Positions 1 to 9,837 of a stretch of 64,000 bases of DNA are shown piece after piece (within the stretch, counting starts at the first letter, position 1; every line of letters begins with the position of its first letter). The stretch spans positions 13,895-77,894 of the forward strand of contig JAPYNO010000045.1 of the NCBI GenBank assembly GCA_028283025.1. Reading direction: 5' to 3'. Origin of the DNA: Pseudomonadales bacterium. GTDB lineage: Bacteria > Pseudomonadota > Gammaproteobacteria > Pseudomonadales > Azotimanducaceae. The notes beneath the pieces are model-generated. The model was not told where the DNA came from, ran no database searches, and saw nothing but the letters and a program-made list of their open reading frames with translations. Made by a program: the position numbers and the translations under genes.

Positions 1-573
1 GGCGCTTATCAGTTCTGAAGGCTTGATCAGGCGCGCATAATCATGCGTGCCTTTCGGCAGAATACCGAGTACGTATTCCGCGCCGATGATGGCGAGCAGC
101 CAAGCGCGGGGGTCGCGATTGATCGTAGAAAAGTAGAGGTCGCCACCTAGCTTTGTCAGTGCTGCGCAGGTCTTGACCAAGCGAGCAGGGTCAGGCACAT
201 GCTCAAGGAGTTCAAGACAGGTCACACAATCAAAGCGACCAGCGAATTCTGGCAGTAGTTCATCCGCGCCCGCAAGGCGGTAATCGACATCGACACTATC
301 GGCCTCGGCGTGAATACGCGCCACAGCAAGAGGCTTTTCGGCAAGGTCAATCGCCGTCACTTCTGCCCCTTTGCGCGCGAGTGCTTCCGAGAGCAGGCCG
401 CCGCCACAGCCAACATCAAGACAGCGTCCACCCTCTATGCCACTGCGAGCCGCGATGTAGTCCAAGCGAAACGGATTGATGTCGTGCAGCGGACGAAATT
501 GACCCTTTGGATCCCACCAGCTTTCAGCGAGCGCGTTGAATTTCTCAAGCTCTTCGTGATTGACGTTGCTCAT
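1..573 (-). CDS. ubiG: Ubiquinone biosynthesis O-methyltransferase UbiG (C-terminus runs off the window)
   Basis: My own reverse-strand translation from ATG at 573 gives MSNVNHEELEKFNALAESWWDPKGQFRPLHDINPFRLDYI...LDVGCGGGLLSEALA (SAM motif I)...LELLEHVPDP. It is absent from the ORF track because it is open at the window edge. There is an ATGA stop/start overlap with the upstream gene at 570-573. Confidence 0.9.
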   Translation of the reverse strand, partial: MSNVNHEELEKFNALAESWWDPKGQFRPLHDINPFRLDYIAARSGIEGGRCLDVGCGGGLLSEALARKGAEVTAIDLAEKPLAVARIHAEADSVDVDYRLAGADELLPEFAGRFDCVTCLELLEHVPDPARLVKTCAALTKLGGDLYFSTINRDPRAWLLAIIGAEYVLGILPKGTHDYARLIKPSELISA

Positions 574-1898
574 GCGCGTAGTCCTGCGGAAATTTTAGTG
601 CCCCATGTCTTGGCTCGTGCCAGTGTTTCCTGTTCATCGAGCGTGGTCAGCGAACCGTCTTGCAAAAGTGGCGTTCCGCCGACCCACACATGCGTGACCC
701 TCGATGCGCTTGCTGTGAGCAAGACGGATGCCAGCACGTCGTAGATGGGCTGCGCAGCGCACGCGGACATGTCAATAGCGATCATATCCGCCCACTTGCC
801 GGTTTCTAGCGACCCGATATGGTCGTCTCGACCAATCACGCACGCACTGTCAATAGTACCGAGGCGAACAAAGTCCGCTGTGCTCAGTGTTGAATGCTCG
901 TCGCCCGCCTTGCTTGCCAGCAGTTTTGCCGCCCGCATCTCTTGCAATACGTCAAGCGAGTTGTTGCTGACCGCCCCATCAGTGCCAAGGCCGACCGTGA
1001 CACCTGATTCGCACAGCCGCATCAGCGGCGAAGGGCCGCTCGCAAGCAAGGCGTTTGATTGCGGGCAGTGAACTACGCCGACATTGTTTTCAGCTATGGT
1101 TTCGAGGTCAGCGTCATCGAGTGCGGTCATATGCACGGCCTGCAATCGTGGCGAGATCAATCCAATGTCGTGCAGTTTGCGTATTGGTGTGCATCCGTGC
1201 GCGCGTTGATAGTCTTCGACCTCTTGAGATGTCTCGTGCAGATGGATATGAATTTGGCTTTGAATCTCCTCGGAAATGCTCGCAAGCTTCTCGAAGGTCG
1301 CGACCTCGACTGTATAAGGCGCGTGCGGCGCGTGCGCAATAGTGATGAAATCATCGCCCCGCCAATGATCGTGAAGTTCGGTCGTGCGCCTGAGTCCGTC
1401 CTCGCTGCTCTGCACCCACGCATTGGCTTGTTCGATGATTGGCACGGCGATCTGTGCGCGCATGCCCGTCTCATGCGCGATGTCTGCGATTATCTCCGGG
1501 AAGTAGTATTGGTCAGAAAAACAAGTGATGCCTGCACGAATCATCTCTGCAAGCGCGAGACGCGCGCCATCGGCCACAAACTCGGAAGACACCCATTTGG
1601 CCTCCAAGGGAAAGATGAGTTCGAACAGCCATTCATGCAGTGGCATGTCATTGCCGACGCCGCGCAAGAGCGTCATGGGGCTGTGCGTGTGGGCGTTGAT
1701 GAGGCCGGGCAGCAGCAGGTGATTGGGCAGTTCGATGACTTCACAGGCATGCCAGGTTGATTCGATTTCGGCGTCTGTGCCAACGGCGGCGATGCGCCGG
1801 TCTTTGACCGCGATGGCCGTGTTTTCTTGCGCTACAGCGTCAGGTTCGGCGCTGAAGAGCCAGCCTGCGCGAATGATGAAGTCCGCTTCTGATGTCAT
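570..1898 (-). CDS. mtaD: Amidohydrolase of the TRZ/ATZ family, 5-methylthioadenosine/S-adenosylhomocysteine deaminase-like
   Basis: ORF 570..1973. I prefer the start at MTSEADFIIRAGWLF (1898). Metal-binding motif PGLINAHTHSPMTLLRG is present, followed by HLHET and GLGTDGA. Adjacency to ubiG is typical for this family. Confidence 0.75.
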   Translation of the reverse strand: MTSEADFIIRAGWLFSAEPDAVAQENTAIAVKDRRIAAVGTDAEIESTWHACEVIELPNHLLLPGLINAHTHSPMTLLRGVGNDMPLHEWLFELIFPLEAKWVSSEFVADGARLALAEMIRAGITCFSDQYYFPEIIADIAHETGMRAQIAVPIIEQANAWVQSSEDGLRRTTELHDHWRGDDFITIAHAPHAPYTVEVATFEKLASISEEIQSQIHIHLHETSQEVEDYQRAHGCTPIRKLHDIGLISPRLQAVHMTALDDADLETIAENNVGVVHCPQSNALLASGPSPLMRLCESGVTVGLGTDGAVSNNSLDVLQEMRAAKLLASKAGDEHSTLSTADFVRLGTIDSACVIGRDDHIGSLETGKWADMIAIDMSACAAQPIYDVLASVLLTASASRVTHVWVGGTPLLQDGSLTTLDEQETLARAKTWGTKISAGLRA

Positions 1899-2042
1899 TT
1901 CAAGTCCAAAGCTATGGCGAGTATGTGTGACAGTGAGCCGGTTGTGGCACCTTCTGCGAGGACATTTCCCCACTTCCGCATCAGCCGAACCAGCACGCGG
2001 CAGGATTCACAACTTCACGCTGTTGCAGTGAAGCCTCGTCTG

Positions 2043-2609
2043 CTATTTCATCCATCGAACCTTCTCTTCCTCGTCTGAGTCGCCCAATTCGTGGGATGCT
2101 CCCGGCAATGCTAGCGCGCCGAGGTACAAGAACGCAACGATTTGGTCTTCGTTCTTCAGGCCGAGCGCCTCTTTGATCTTGCAATCGTAGGCCGCCTGGC
2201 CGGTTTTCCACATGCTGCCGAAGCCGAGCGCCTCTGCAGCGAGGCACATGTTCTGCGTGGCGGCGCCCACCGCGAGCAGCTGCTCCACTTCTGGAATCTT
2301 TCCAAGCGTGATATGCGCAGCCACGACGACAATCGTCGGCGCGCGATTCGGCTTGCTGCGCTCAGCATCAATGCGCGCGGGCGAGGCTTCAGGCATTCTT
2401 GATTGCAGGGATTCGGCCATTGCGTCGCCAAGTGCTTTCCTTGCGTCTCCTTCAAGTACGATGAATCGCCAAGGCCGCAATCGACCATGATCTGGGGCGC
2501 ACATGCCTGCTTGGATGATAGCCTCGACTTGCTCCCGAGTCGGCCCCGGCGTGCTTAGCTGCCGCGCCGTCTTCCTAGCGTGGATCGCATCCAATAGAGG
2601 TGTTGACAT
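2043..2609 (-). CDS. Nitroreductase family protein
   Basis: ORF 2043..2777, trimmed to MSTPLLDAIHARKTARQL (ATG at 2609). RPWRFIVL and the conserved C-terminal region are typical of NfnB/NfsA-like nitroreductases. Confidence 0.75.
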   Translation of the reverse strand: MSTPLLDAIHARKTARQLSTPGPTREQVEAIIQAGMCAPDHGRLRPWRFIVLEGDARKALGDAMAESLQSRMPEASPARIDAERSKPNRAPTIVVVAAHITLGKIPEVEQLLAVGAATQNMCLAAEALGFGSMWKTGQAAYDCKIKEALGLKNEDQIVAFLYLGALALPGASHELGDSDEEEKVRWMK

Positions 2610-2640
2610 GATTGTTGTGTTTTCCGAAGCCGAGGCAACA
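2561..2640. repeat. Copy A of an ~80-bp direct repeat (nitroreductase start codon, first 17 codons and ~30 nt upstream)
   Basis: GCCGCGCCGTCTTCCTAGCGTGGATCGCATCCAATAGAGGTGTTGACATGATTGTTGTGTTTTCCGAAG recurs at 3443-3522 with a few mismatches. Confidence 0.9.
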
Positions 2641-2719
2641 AACAGCATGACATGTTTGGCTCGTGGAGAGAGTACCTGAGCGGTGCTGGCGTACCGTGGT
2701 CGAACAGTATCTTCACCAT

Positions 2720-2959
2720 TCAGGCAGATGCTTTGAGGCTGTCCGCTTCGTGTCTGAGCACTGCTTCTACTTGCCAAGCCTGAACTTCAGGGAACCATTC
2801 CAAGAACTCCTTCACGGTGGCGCCGCTCTCGATGTTCTCAAACAAGGCGTAGACAGGGACTCGCGTGCCAGTGAATGCCCATCCGCCGCTGATTTTGCGA
2901 GGGGTTTGTTCGACTGCGGGACATTGGTTCCAGTTTGTCATGGGCATGCTTGGCTGCAA
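2720..2959 (-). CDS. DUF433-type small protein (antitoxin-like), no partner toxin visible
   Basis: 79 aa. The segment ISGGWAFTGTRVPVYALFENIESGATVKEFLEWFPEVQAWQVEAVL matches the DUF433 pattern as I remember it. Confidence 0.6.
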   Translation of the reverse strand: MQPSMPMTNWNQCPAVEQTPRKISGGWAFTGTRVPVYALFENIESGATVKEFLEWFPEVQAWQVEAVLRHEADSLKASA

Positions 2960-3135
2960 ACTTCAGCAATGTTCATTATATCTGCATCTAGGCGATCCCA
3001 CCTGCTTCGCAACGCCCATCCGCACGCCCGAAGGTACTCAAAGCCTTCGATTGCGAGCCGGACACTTTATGTGTTTTCAACAGAAAGCACTCGCCGAATT
3101 GAGTGGATATCTGAATAAATGATACGGTAAGCCAT

Positions 3136-3375
3136 ATGAAAACGACGTTGAACATTGACGATCAGATGATGAAGCGACTCAGGGAGGAATCTGGTCGGCG
3201 CAGAGTTCGCATGTCTGCGCTTGTAGAAGCTGGACTGCGGCGGCTTTTTGATGAGAGTGCGAAGATTAGCAAACGAAAGCCCGGTCTCCTGGATCTGCCT
3301 TCCTGGCCTGGCGGGCCTGCGCGAGTTGACATCTCAAACCGAGAAGCACTCTACAAGAAGATGGAAGATGCTTGA
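3136..3375 (+). CDS. vapB: VapB-family (DUF2191/Rv0623-like) type II antitoxin, orphan
   Basis: 79 aa. The N-terminus MKTTLNIDDQMMKRLREESGRRRVRMSALVEAGLRRL is the classic M.T.L.IDD..L pattern of this family. The overlapping downstream frame (MLEHGSQARTF...) has no PIN features and runs into repeat copy B. Confidence 0.65.
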   Translation: MKTTLNIDDQMMKRLREESGRRRVRMSALVEAGLRRLFDESAKISKRKPGLLDLPSWPGGPARVDISNREALYKKMEDA

Positions 3376-3442
3376 ACACGGGTCGCAAGCACGCACATTC
3401 TGTAGACCTTCGTGTGGATGCGATGCCGAAGCGTGTTCAGCC

Positions 3443-3522
3443 GCCGCGCCGTCTTCCTAGCGTAGATTGCATCCAATAGCGGTGTTGACATGATTGTTGT
3501 GTTTTCCGAAGGCAGGGCGACA
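3443..3522. repeat. Copy B of the ~80-bp direct repeat, a duplicated 5' fragment of the nitroreductase gene
   Basis: The reverse strand from ATG at 3491 reads MSTPLLDAIYARKTARRL and then diverges, so it is a non-functional 5' gene fragment. It aligns to 2561-2640. Confidence 0.85.
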
Positions 3523-3609
3523 ATCAGCTTGCGTAAGACTATGATCAGATGCCTGCAATGGGAGTTAAAGCGTTATATTTGATTCATAAAATCGTATAAG
3601 GCATCATAT

Positions 3610-3930
3610 ATGACTTTTTATGGTTATATAAAGATGCGTTACATACAACCTCGAGTTCGAACTGCTTTGGTGGAGCTTGGTGCCGATCTATCAATTGCTC
3701 GACGAAGACGGCGCATTCTTCAAATTGATCTCGCACGCGCATTACAAATCTCTCGGAAAACGCTTCAGAGACTTGAAGCGGGGGATCCGGGCGTGAGTCT
3801 TGGCGTGTTTGCGAGCGTGTGCGCCGCACTTGGACATATCAACGAACTCCGTGAGTTCGTCTATCGACTTGAGCGTGATACAGCCTTGCTCTCCGACCCC
3901 CCGCCAGAGCGCATACGCAGACGCACATGA
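3610..3930 (+). CDS. hipB: XRE-family HTH antitoxin, HipB-like
   Basis: HTH segment LQIDLARALQISRKTLQRLEAGDPGVSL. ATGA overlap with the hipA start (3927-3930). An alternative start exists at 3634 (MRYIQPR). The local sequence is AT-rich. Confidence 0.7.
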   Translation: MTFYGYIKMRYIQPRVRTALVELGADLSIARRRRRILQIDLARALQISRKTLQRLEAGDPGVSLGVFASVCAALGHINELREFVYRLERDTALLSDPPPERIRRRT

Positions 3931-4952
3931 AAGCACATACACACGTCTATAGAGAAGAAACGCCGGTCGGCGAACTCATCTTCGAAATGAAAGGCAACAA
4001 GCAAGGTTCTGCATTTCGATATACACCGGCATGGATGAGAGAGGGATTTGCAATCGATCCACATGTCCCATTACGTGAAGGGTGGCATCATCAGTGGCAA
4101 TCAGGCGACAACCAACAGGCATTTCTCGGTGCAATCTCTGATTGCATACCAGATTCATGGGGCCGAAAACTGATTGCAGCACAACTTGGCCATCAGCCAA
4201 ATGAGTTCGAAGCGCTCATGTCTGTCAATGATGCAACTCGTATCGGCGCATTACGCTTTCTCAATGCACAAGGTGTTCCATCGACACATTCAACCAACAC
4301 ACCACAGATACAGGATTTGGCTGAGATACAATCTTTATGCCAAATGATTGAACTCGGTGACAAGGATGCCGCGCGCGCTCTATGTGGTCGAGGCGACAGC
4401 CTTGGTGGGGCAAGACCCAAATCAGATTACATCGATCAATCAGAGACACTCTACCTCGCCAAATATACAACTGAACGCGACACACTCCCAATCACTCGAA
4501 TGGAAGTCGCAACACTCAACCTCGCAGAAGAAGTTGGCTTGCGTGCTGCAAAAGCACAACTCGCACTTCCCCATGACCCCCATCCAATCGCATTGATTGA
4601 ACGATTCGACCGTGCAGGTGCGTCTCGTATACCGTATATCTCAGCACAGAGTTTCATTGGGGCAGCAGGGCAGTATTACAGTGAGATCGCAGAACAACTT
4701 ATCAGCACCTCAACACAATCTTTCATCATCGAAGCGAGGGAGTTGTTTGAACGCCTTCTATTCACAATCCTTGTTCACAACACAGACGATCATTTGAAGA
4801 ATCACGGATTACTGTATCTCGATGATCACTGGGTCTTGTCACCACTCTTTGATGTCAACCCACAACCAGAACGACACCCGCAACTGAAAACAGGCATCAG
4901 CCCATCTGCCGGATTCGAACACCTTGATCATCGAGCCAGAGTGCTAAAATAA
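3927..4952 (+). CDS. hipA: HipA-family Ser/Thr kinase toxin (short, 341 aa)
   Basis: The N-terminal coupling domain reads [24 protein letters not shown]. The Gly-rich loop reads [11 protein letters not shown], the catalytic loop [11 protein letters not shown], and LSPLFDVNP follows. The protein ends about 25 aa after DVNP, shorter than the typical HipA C-terminus. Confidence 0.8.
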   Translation: MKAHTHVYREETPVGELIFEMKGNKQGSAFRYTPAWMREGFAIDPHVPLREGWHHQWQSGDNQQAFLGAISDCIPDSWGRKLIAAQLGHQPNEFEALMSVNDATRIGALRFLNAQGVPSTHSTNTPQIQDLAEIQSLCQMIELGDKDAARALCGRGDSLGGARPKSDYIDQSETLYLAKYTTERDTLPITRMEVATLNLAEEVGLRAAKAQLALPHDPHPIALIERFDRAGASRIPYISAQSFIGAAGQYYSEIAEQLISTSTQSFIIEARELFERLLFTILVHNTDDHLKNHGLLYLDDHWVLSPLFDVNPQPERHPQLKTGISPSAGFEHLDHRARVLK

Positions 4953-5010
4953 ATCGCTTTGGCCAGCGCATTTTCACTCGTGCGCGACGCCCCCTCACAA
5001 AAGGCAACCT

Positions 5011-7671
5011 GTGTCCCTCATCGGCAGCGAAATCCTCCCAGTACAGTTCCAAGACGAACTGAAGCAATCCTTCCTTGACTACGCCATGAGCGTGATCGTT
5101 GGGCGGGCGCTGCCCGATGTGCGCGATGGCCTGAAGCCAGTGCACCGGCGCGTGCTCTACGCCATGCACGAGATGCACAACACCCACAACCGCCCCTACG
5201 TCAAATCCGCGCGAGTTGTGGGCGAAGTCATCGGCAAATACCACCCGCACGGCGAATCCGCGGTCTACGACACCATGGTGCGCATGGCGCAGGACTTTTC
5301 CATGCGCTATCTGTTGGTCGAAGGGCAGGGCAACTTCGGCTCGGTCGATGGCGACCCGCCCGCGGCCATGCGCTACACCGAAGTGCGCATGATGCGCATC
5401 ACCGGCGAGCTGCTCGCCGATATCGACATGGAGACGGTGCCGTTCGTTGATAACTACGATGGCACGCTGCAAATGCCGGAGGCCTTGCCGACGCGCATCC
5501 CCAATCTCCTGGTCAACGGCTCCGACGGTATTGCTGTCGGCATGGCCACGAAAATCCCGCCGCACAACCTCATCGAAATTATTAACGCTGCGCTCGCGCT
5601 CATTGACGACCCGTTGATCGATGTTGACGAACTCATGGTGCATGTGCAAGGGCCGGACTTCCCGACCGGCGGCACGATTCGCGGACGCGGCGGCATCGCT
5701 CAAGCCTATCGAACAGGGCGCGGACGCATTCACCTGCGCGGCAAGACGCTTGAGCATGACGATCCCTTGCACTTGGCGGGGTTCGATACGGATGCTGATG
5801 AGCAAGCTCCCGCAAGCGGTGATGACGATCAATCCAAAGGGCCGATCGTCATCACCGAATTCCCTTATCAAGTGAACAAGGCGCGCTGGATTGAGCGGGT
5901 TGCGGAACTCGTCAAGGAAAAGAAGCTCGAAGGCATCACCGAGATTCGCGATGAGTCCGACAAGGACGGGCTGCGCGTAGTGGTCGAGGTCAAATCAGCA
6001 GTGAGCGCCAAGACGGTGCTCTACAATCTCTACGCCATGACGCAATTGCAATCGGTCTACGCCATCAACTTGGTGGCATTGGTCGATGGGCGGCCCAAGC
6101 TGCTGCCGCTCAAAGAAGCCTTGAGCGCGTTTCTCAGCCACCGGCGCGATGTCATCACGCGGCGCACCGCCTATCTCCTGCGGGCGGCGCGCGTACGCGG
6201 ACACACGCTTGAAGGTCAGGCGGTCGCGCTGACGAGCATCGACGAAGTCGTTGATCTCATTCGCAACTCGCAATCGCGCGAAGAAGCGCGCATCGGGCTC
6301 ATGGCTCGCGCCTGGCCATTGCATTCATCCATGACCGAACTTCTAAGGCGCGCTGGTGGCGATGCCTGCCGTCCCGCGGGAGTGCCGCGCGAGCTTGGCT
6401 TGCAAGAAGCAGAGGCGGACACAGGCGAGGCGAGTTATCGACTGTCAGAGGAGCAGGCGCAGTCAATCCTGGAACTTCGGCTGCATCGGCTCACCGCGCT
6501 CGAAGTCAAGGACCTCATGGCCGCATATGAGAAAGTGCTCAGCGAGATTGCCGAACTTGAAACCATCCTCGGCTCTCAAGCACGTCTCACGCAAGTCGTT
6601 CGCGATGAGCTCATCGAGGTACGCGAAACCTATGGCGATGCGCGCCGGACGAGCATCAGCGACGCCGAAGCCGACCTTTCGAATGAAGACCTTATTCCTG
6701 TCGAAGACATGGTCGTCACCATCTCGCATCTCGGCTATGCAAAGGCGAGAGTTGTCGGTGATTTTCAAGCCCAAGGGCGGGGCGGCATGGGTCGCGGCGG
6801 CGGCGCTTTGCTCGACGAGGACTTCATTGAGCACATGCTAGTCGCCAACAGCCACGACACGCTGCTGTGCTTCTCGACGAGCGGTCAAGTGTACTGGATG
6901 AAGGTGCATCGCATTCCAAAGCTTCTGCGCACATCCGCATCGCGTGGGCGGCATCTCAATAATCTCTTGCAACTCGGCGAAGGCGAGCGCATCAGCGCGA
7001 TTCTGCCGGTCAAAACGTTCGACGAAAATCAATTCGTGTTCATGGCGACTGCGAGCGGCAAGGTGAAGAAGACGCCGCTCGCGAGTTTCCGTCGCCCGTA
7101 TCAGCGTGGCATCCGCGCCATTAATCTCGAAGAAGGCAACACGCTGATCGGTGCCGAGATCACCGACGGCAGCGCCGATGTCATGCTGTTCGCCGATACC
7201 GGCAAGGTGGTGCGCTTCAAGGAATCCGATGTGCGCGCGATGGGGCGCACCGCGGCGGGCGTCACCGGCATGAAAGTCAAAGGCGGCAAGGTGATCGCCT
7301 TGATTATTCCGCATCCACACGATGCGTTGCTCACGATTAGCGATCGCGGCTACGGCAAGCGATCAAAGCTTGATGAGTTCCCTGTCAAGGGGCGCGGCGG
7401 TCAAGGCGTCATCGGCATGCGCACGAATGATCGTATTGGGCGCTTGGTGGGCGCGTTGCAGGTGGCGAGTGGCGATGAGGTGATGGTCGTGAGCAACCAA
7501 GGCACGCTCATCCGAACAAGCGTTGATTCCATTTCAATACAGGCGCGCGCCACGCAAGGTGTGCGCGTTATGAATCTCAAAGGCGAGGCGCGCGTTGTCG
7601 AGATTGACCGCATCGAAGATATGGGCAGCCCTGAAGAAGATAAGGAAGACACTCACAATGCGGGTGCATAA
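5011..7671 (+). CDS. gyrA: DNA gyrase subunit A
   Basis: GTG start. The sequence [31 protein letters not shown] and [20 protein letters not shown] are near-identical to E. coli GyrA as I remember it. C-terminal beta-pinwheel repeats are present. Confidence 0.97.
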   Translation: MSLIGSEILPVQFQDELKQSFLDYAMSVIVGRALPDVRDGLKPVHRRVLYAMHEMHNTHNRPYVKSARVVGEVIGKYHPHGESAVYDTMVRMAQDFSMRYLLVEGQGNFGSVDGDPPAAMRYTEVRMMRITGELLADIDMETVPFVDNYDGTLQMPEALPTRIPNLLVNGSDGIAVGMATKIPPHNLIEIINAALALIDDPLIDVDELMVHVQGPDFPTGGTIRGRGGIAQAYRTGRGRIHLRGKTLEHDDPLHLAGFDTDADEQAPASGDDDQSKGPIVITEFPYQVNKARWIERVAELVKEKKLEGITEIRDESDKDGLRVVVEVKSAVSAKTVLYNLYAMTQLQSVYAINLVALVDGRPKLLPLKEALSAFLSHRRDVITRRTAYLLRAARVRGHTLEGQAVALTSIDEVVDLIRNSQSREEARIGLMARAWPLHSSMTELLRRAGGDACRPAGVPRELGLQEAEADTGEASYRLSEEQAQSILELRLHRLTALEVKDLMAAYEKVLSEIAELETILGSQARLTQVVRDELIEVRETYGDARRTSISDAEADLSNEDLIPVEDMVVTISHLGYAKARVVGDFQAQGRGGMGRGGGALLDEDFIEHMLVANSHDTLLCFSTSGQVYWMKVHRIPKLLRTSASRGRHLNNLLQLGEGERISAILPVKTFDENQFVFMATASGKVKKTPLASFRRPYQRGIRAINLEEGNTLIGAEITDGSADVMLFADTGKVVRFKESDVRAMGRTAAGVTGMKVKGGKVIALIIPHPHDALLTISDRGYGKRSKLDEFPVKGRGGQGVIGMRTNDRIGRLVGALQVASGDEVMVVSNQGTLIRTSVDSISIQARATQGVRVMNLKGEARVVEIDRIEDMGSPEEDKEDTHNAGA

Positions 7672-8740
7672 TTTCACTGGCGGCCCGGCGGCCCTGCCGG
7701 AAGCTGTGCTTCAGCGTGCGGCGAGCGAGCTGCTCGATTTTCGTGGCATAGGCGCATCGGTGATGGAGATCAGCCATCGAAGTGCCGAATTCTCGCGTAT
7801 CGTGGAAGAGAGCGAGGCGACGCTTCGCAGGCTCATGCGCATTCCTGACGACTATGCGGTATTGTTTCCGCAAGGCGGCGCGACTGGCCAATTCGCAGCA
7901 ATCGTGCTGAATCTCGTCAAATCGGAAGCTGGCGAAGTGCCTTGTTATGTCGATACGGGCTACTGGGCATCGCGCGCGGTGAAGGAAGCGAAACGTTACG
8001 GCGATGCGGTGATCGTCGCATCCTCGAAGGCGCAAAACTATCGCCAAATCCCTGATCCTTCGACCTGGCATGTGCCTGACAATGCCGCCTTCTTGCACGT
8101 CACTTTGAACGAAACCATCGGCGGCGTGGAATATCAGAGCGACCCGCCCACCGATGTGACCCTGGTCGCCGATGCCTCTTCAAATATTCTGTCTCGGCCT
8201 ATCGATGTGTCGCGCTACGGCGTGATCTACGCCGGTGCGCAAAAGAACCTTGGGCCATCTGGCATCGCCATCACGATTGTTCGCAAGTCGTTGCTTGGTC
8301 GTGGTGATCGCCCTATCCCGACTATCCTTGACTACACAACCCTTGAACAAGGTCGCTCCATGGCCAACACGCCGCCGGTGTTCGCCTGGTATATCGCGGG
8401 CCTCGTGTTCGATTGGGTTGAATCTGAAGGCGGTGTCGAAGTCATGGCGAAGCGCAACGACCGCAAAGCGCAGCGGCTGTATGCATTTCTCGATCAAAGC
8501 GGCTTCTATCAGAACAAGGTGGCCAATGCGTTTCGGTCGCGCATGAACGTGCCATTTATTTTGCAGGATGAATCGCGTACACAGGCGTTCTTGGCGGCGG
8601 CGCGTGATGCCGGCTTCATTGGCCTTGAGGGTCACCGCAGTGTTGGTGGCGTGCGCGCGAGCCTCTACAACGCAATTCGGGAAGCTTCAGTCGAAGCGCT
8701 CGTGAACTTCCTCGACGAATTTGCTTCGAGCGCACCATGA
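7658..8740 (+). CDS. serC: Phosphoserine aminotransferase
   Basis: ORF 7595..8740, trimmed to [18 protein letters not shown] (ATG at 7658). It overlaps the gyrA end by 14 nt. The gyrA-serC-pheA order is conserved. Confidence 0.9.
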   Translation: MRVHNFTGGPAALPEAVLQRAASELLDFRGIGASVMEISHRSAEFSRIVEESEATLRRLMRIPDDYAVLFPQGGATGQFAAIVLNLVKSEAGEVPCYVDTGYWASRAVKEAKRYGDAVIVASSKAQNYRQIPDPSTWHVPDNAAFLHVTLNETIGGVEYQSDPPTDVTLVADASSNILSRPIDVSRYGVIYAGAQKNLGPSGIAITIVRKSLLGRGDRPIPTILDYTTLEQGRSMANTPPVFAWYIAGLVFDWVESEGGVEVMAKRNDRKAQRLYAFLDQSGFYQNKVANAFRSRMNVPFILQDESRTQAFLAAARDAGFIGLEGHRSVGGVRASLYNAIREASVEALVNFLDEFASSAP

Positions 8741-9828
8741 CCAATGAGTTGGGGAAAGTTCGTGCCCGTATCGATGAGATCGACCGAGCCTTGCAATCGC
8801 TTCTCAATGAACGCGCGAGCGCTGCGCTTGAAGTCAGTCGCATCAAAGCCGCGCAGCTCGCCACTAGCGAACAGGCGGTGTACTACCGACCGGAGCGCGA
8901 GGCGCAAATCCTGCGTCGTATTCAGGAAAGCAACCGAGGTGATATGCCGCCGGAAGTGATGGCGCGCCTGTTTCGCGAGATCATCTCGTCGTGCCTATCG
9001 CTCGAATCGCCCTTGTCGGTGGCCGCGCTCGGCCCCGCGGGCACATTCACCGAACAGGCGGCAGTCAAGCATTTTGGCCATTTCGCGCGTATCGAGCCGC
9101 TGTCTTCGATTGATCAGGTATTCCGCGAAGTCGAATCCGACGCAGTGCATTATGGCGTGGTGCCAGTCGAAAACACGACCGAAGGCATGGTCAACCAAAC
9201 CCTTGACTGCCTCATGGATTCACCTTTGGGGCTGTGCGGTGAAGTCGAGCTGCGCGTGCATCAAATGCTCTTGGGGCGCGAAGATTGCGAGCCTGCACAA
9301 GCCACCGAGATCGTGTCACATCAGCAATCGCTCGCGCAAACGAGAGCTTGGCTCGATCTTCACTATGCCGAATTGCCGAGGCGCACCGTAGCGAGCAATG
9401 GCGAAGCGGCGCGTCTTGCCGCTGAATCACCCGAACGCCTTGCCATTGGCGGGCTGCGCGCGGCGGAAATTCATGGCCTGAAGGTGTTTGAACGCAATAT
9501 CGAAGACTTTCCAGACAACAAGACGCGATTCGTCGTCATCGGTAAAACCTTGGCTGGCGCAAGCGGCGAAGACAAAACGTCCATCTTGGTGACGGTGAAG
9601 AACGAGCCCGGTGCGCTCTATCACATCCTTGAGCCCTTCCATACGCTTGGCGTGAGCTTGACGCGCCTAGAGACTCGGCCATTAAGGAGCGGAAGCTGGT
9701 CATATGCATTCTTTATTGATTTCAGCGGACACAGGGACGAGCCACGCATTGAGGACGTGCTGAGGCAAGTGGGCGAGAACGTCGTCAACTTGCGTGTCCT
9801 TGGCTCTTATCCGGCAGCGGCTATCTGA
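8737..9828 (+). CDS. pheA: Bifunctional chorismate mutase / prephenate dehydratase (P-protein)
   Basis: The N-terminal chorismate mutase helix reads LGKVRARIDEIDRALQSLLNERA. The dehydratase core has the TRF motif (DNKTRFVVIG). The ACT domain reads ILEPFHTLGVSLTRLETRP. ATGA overlap with serC. Confidence 0.92.
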   Translation: MTNELGKVRARIDEIDRALQSLLNERASAALEVSRIKAAQLATSEQAVYYRPEREAQILRRIQESNRGDMPPEVMARLFREIISSCLSLESPLSVAALGPAGTFTEQAAVKHFGHFARIEPLSSIDQVFREVESDAVHYGVVPVENTTEGMVNQTLDCLMDSPLGLCGEVELRVHQMLLGREDCEPAQATEIVSHQQSLAQTRAWLDLHYAELPRRTVASNGEAARLAAESPERLAIGGLRAAEIHGLKVFERNIEDFPDNKTRFVVIGKTLAGASGEDKTSILVTVKNEPGALYHILEPFHTLGVSLTRLETRPLRSGSWSYAFFIDFSGHRDEPRIEDVLRQVGENVVNLRVLGSYPAAAI

Positions 9829-9837
9829 GGCGTATCG

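Noticed and set aside
3248-3460. 70-aa plus-strand ORF overlapping vapB, considered as the missing VapC toxin
   Set aside because: It is mostly an alternative frame of vapB. The part after the vapB stop lacks PIN acidic residues and merges into the duplicated nitroreductase fragment.
5233-5285. gyrA quinolone-resistance-determining region checked for resistance substitutions
   Set aside because: It reads [11 protein letters not shown], so the Ser83 and Asp87 equivalents are wild type. Only the Asp82 equivalent is Glu, which I cannot tie to resistance.
4897-5871. 324-aa ORF antisense to the gyrA 5' region
   Set aside because: It is a shadow ORF of a GC-rich gene. The opposite strand encodes unmistakable GyrA, and its translation is low-complexity and Arg/Ala/Gly/Val-rich.
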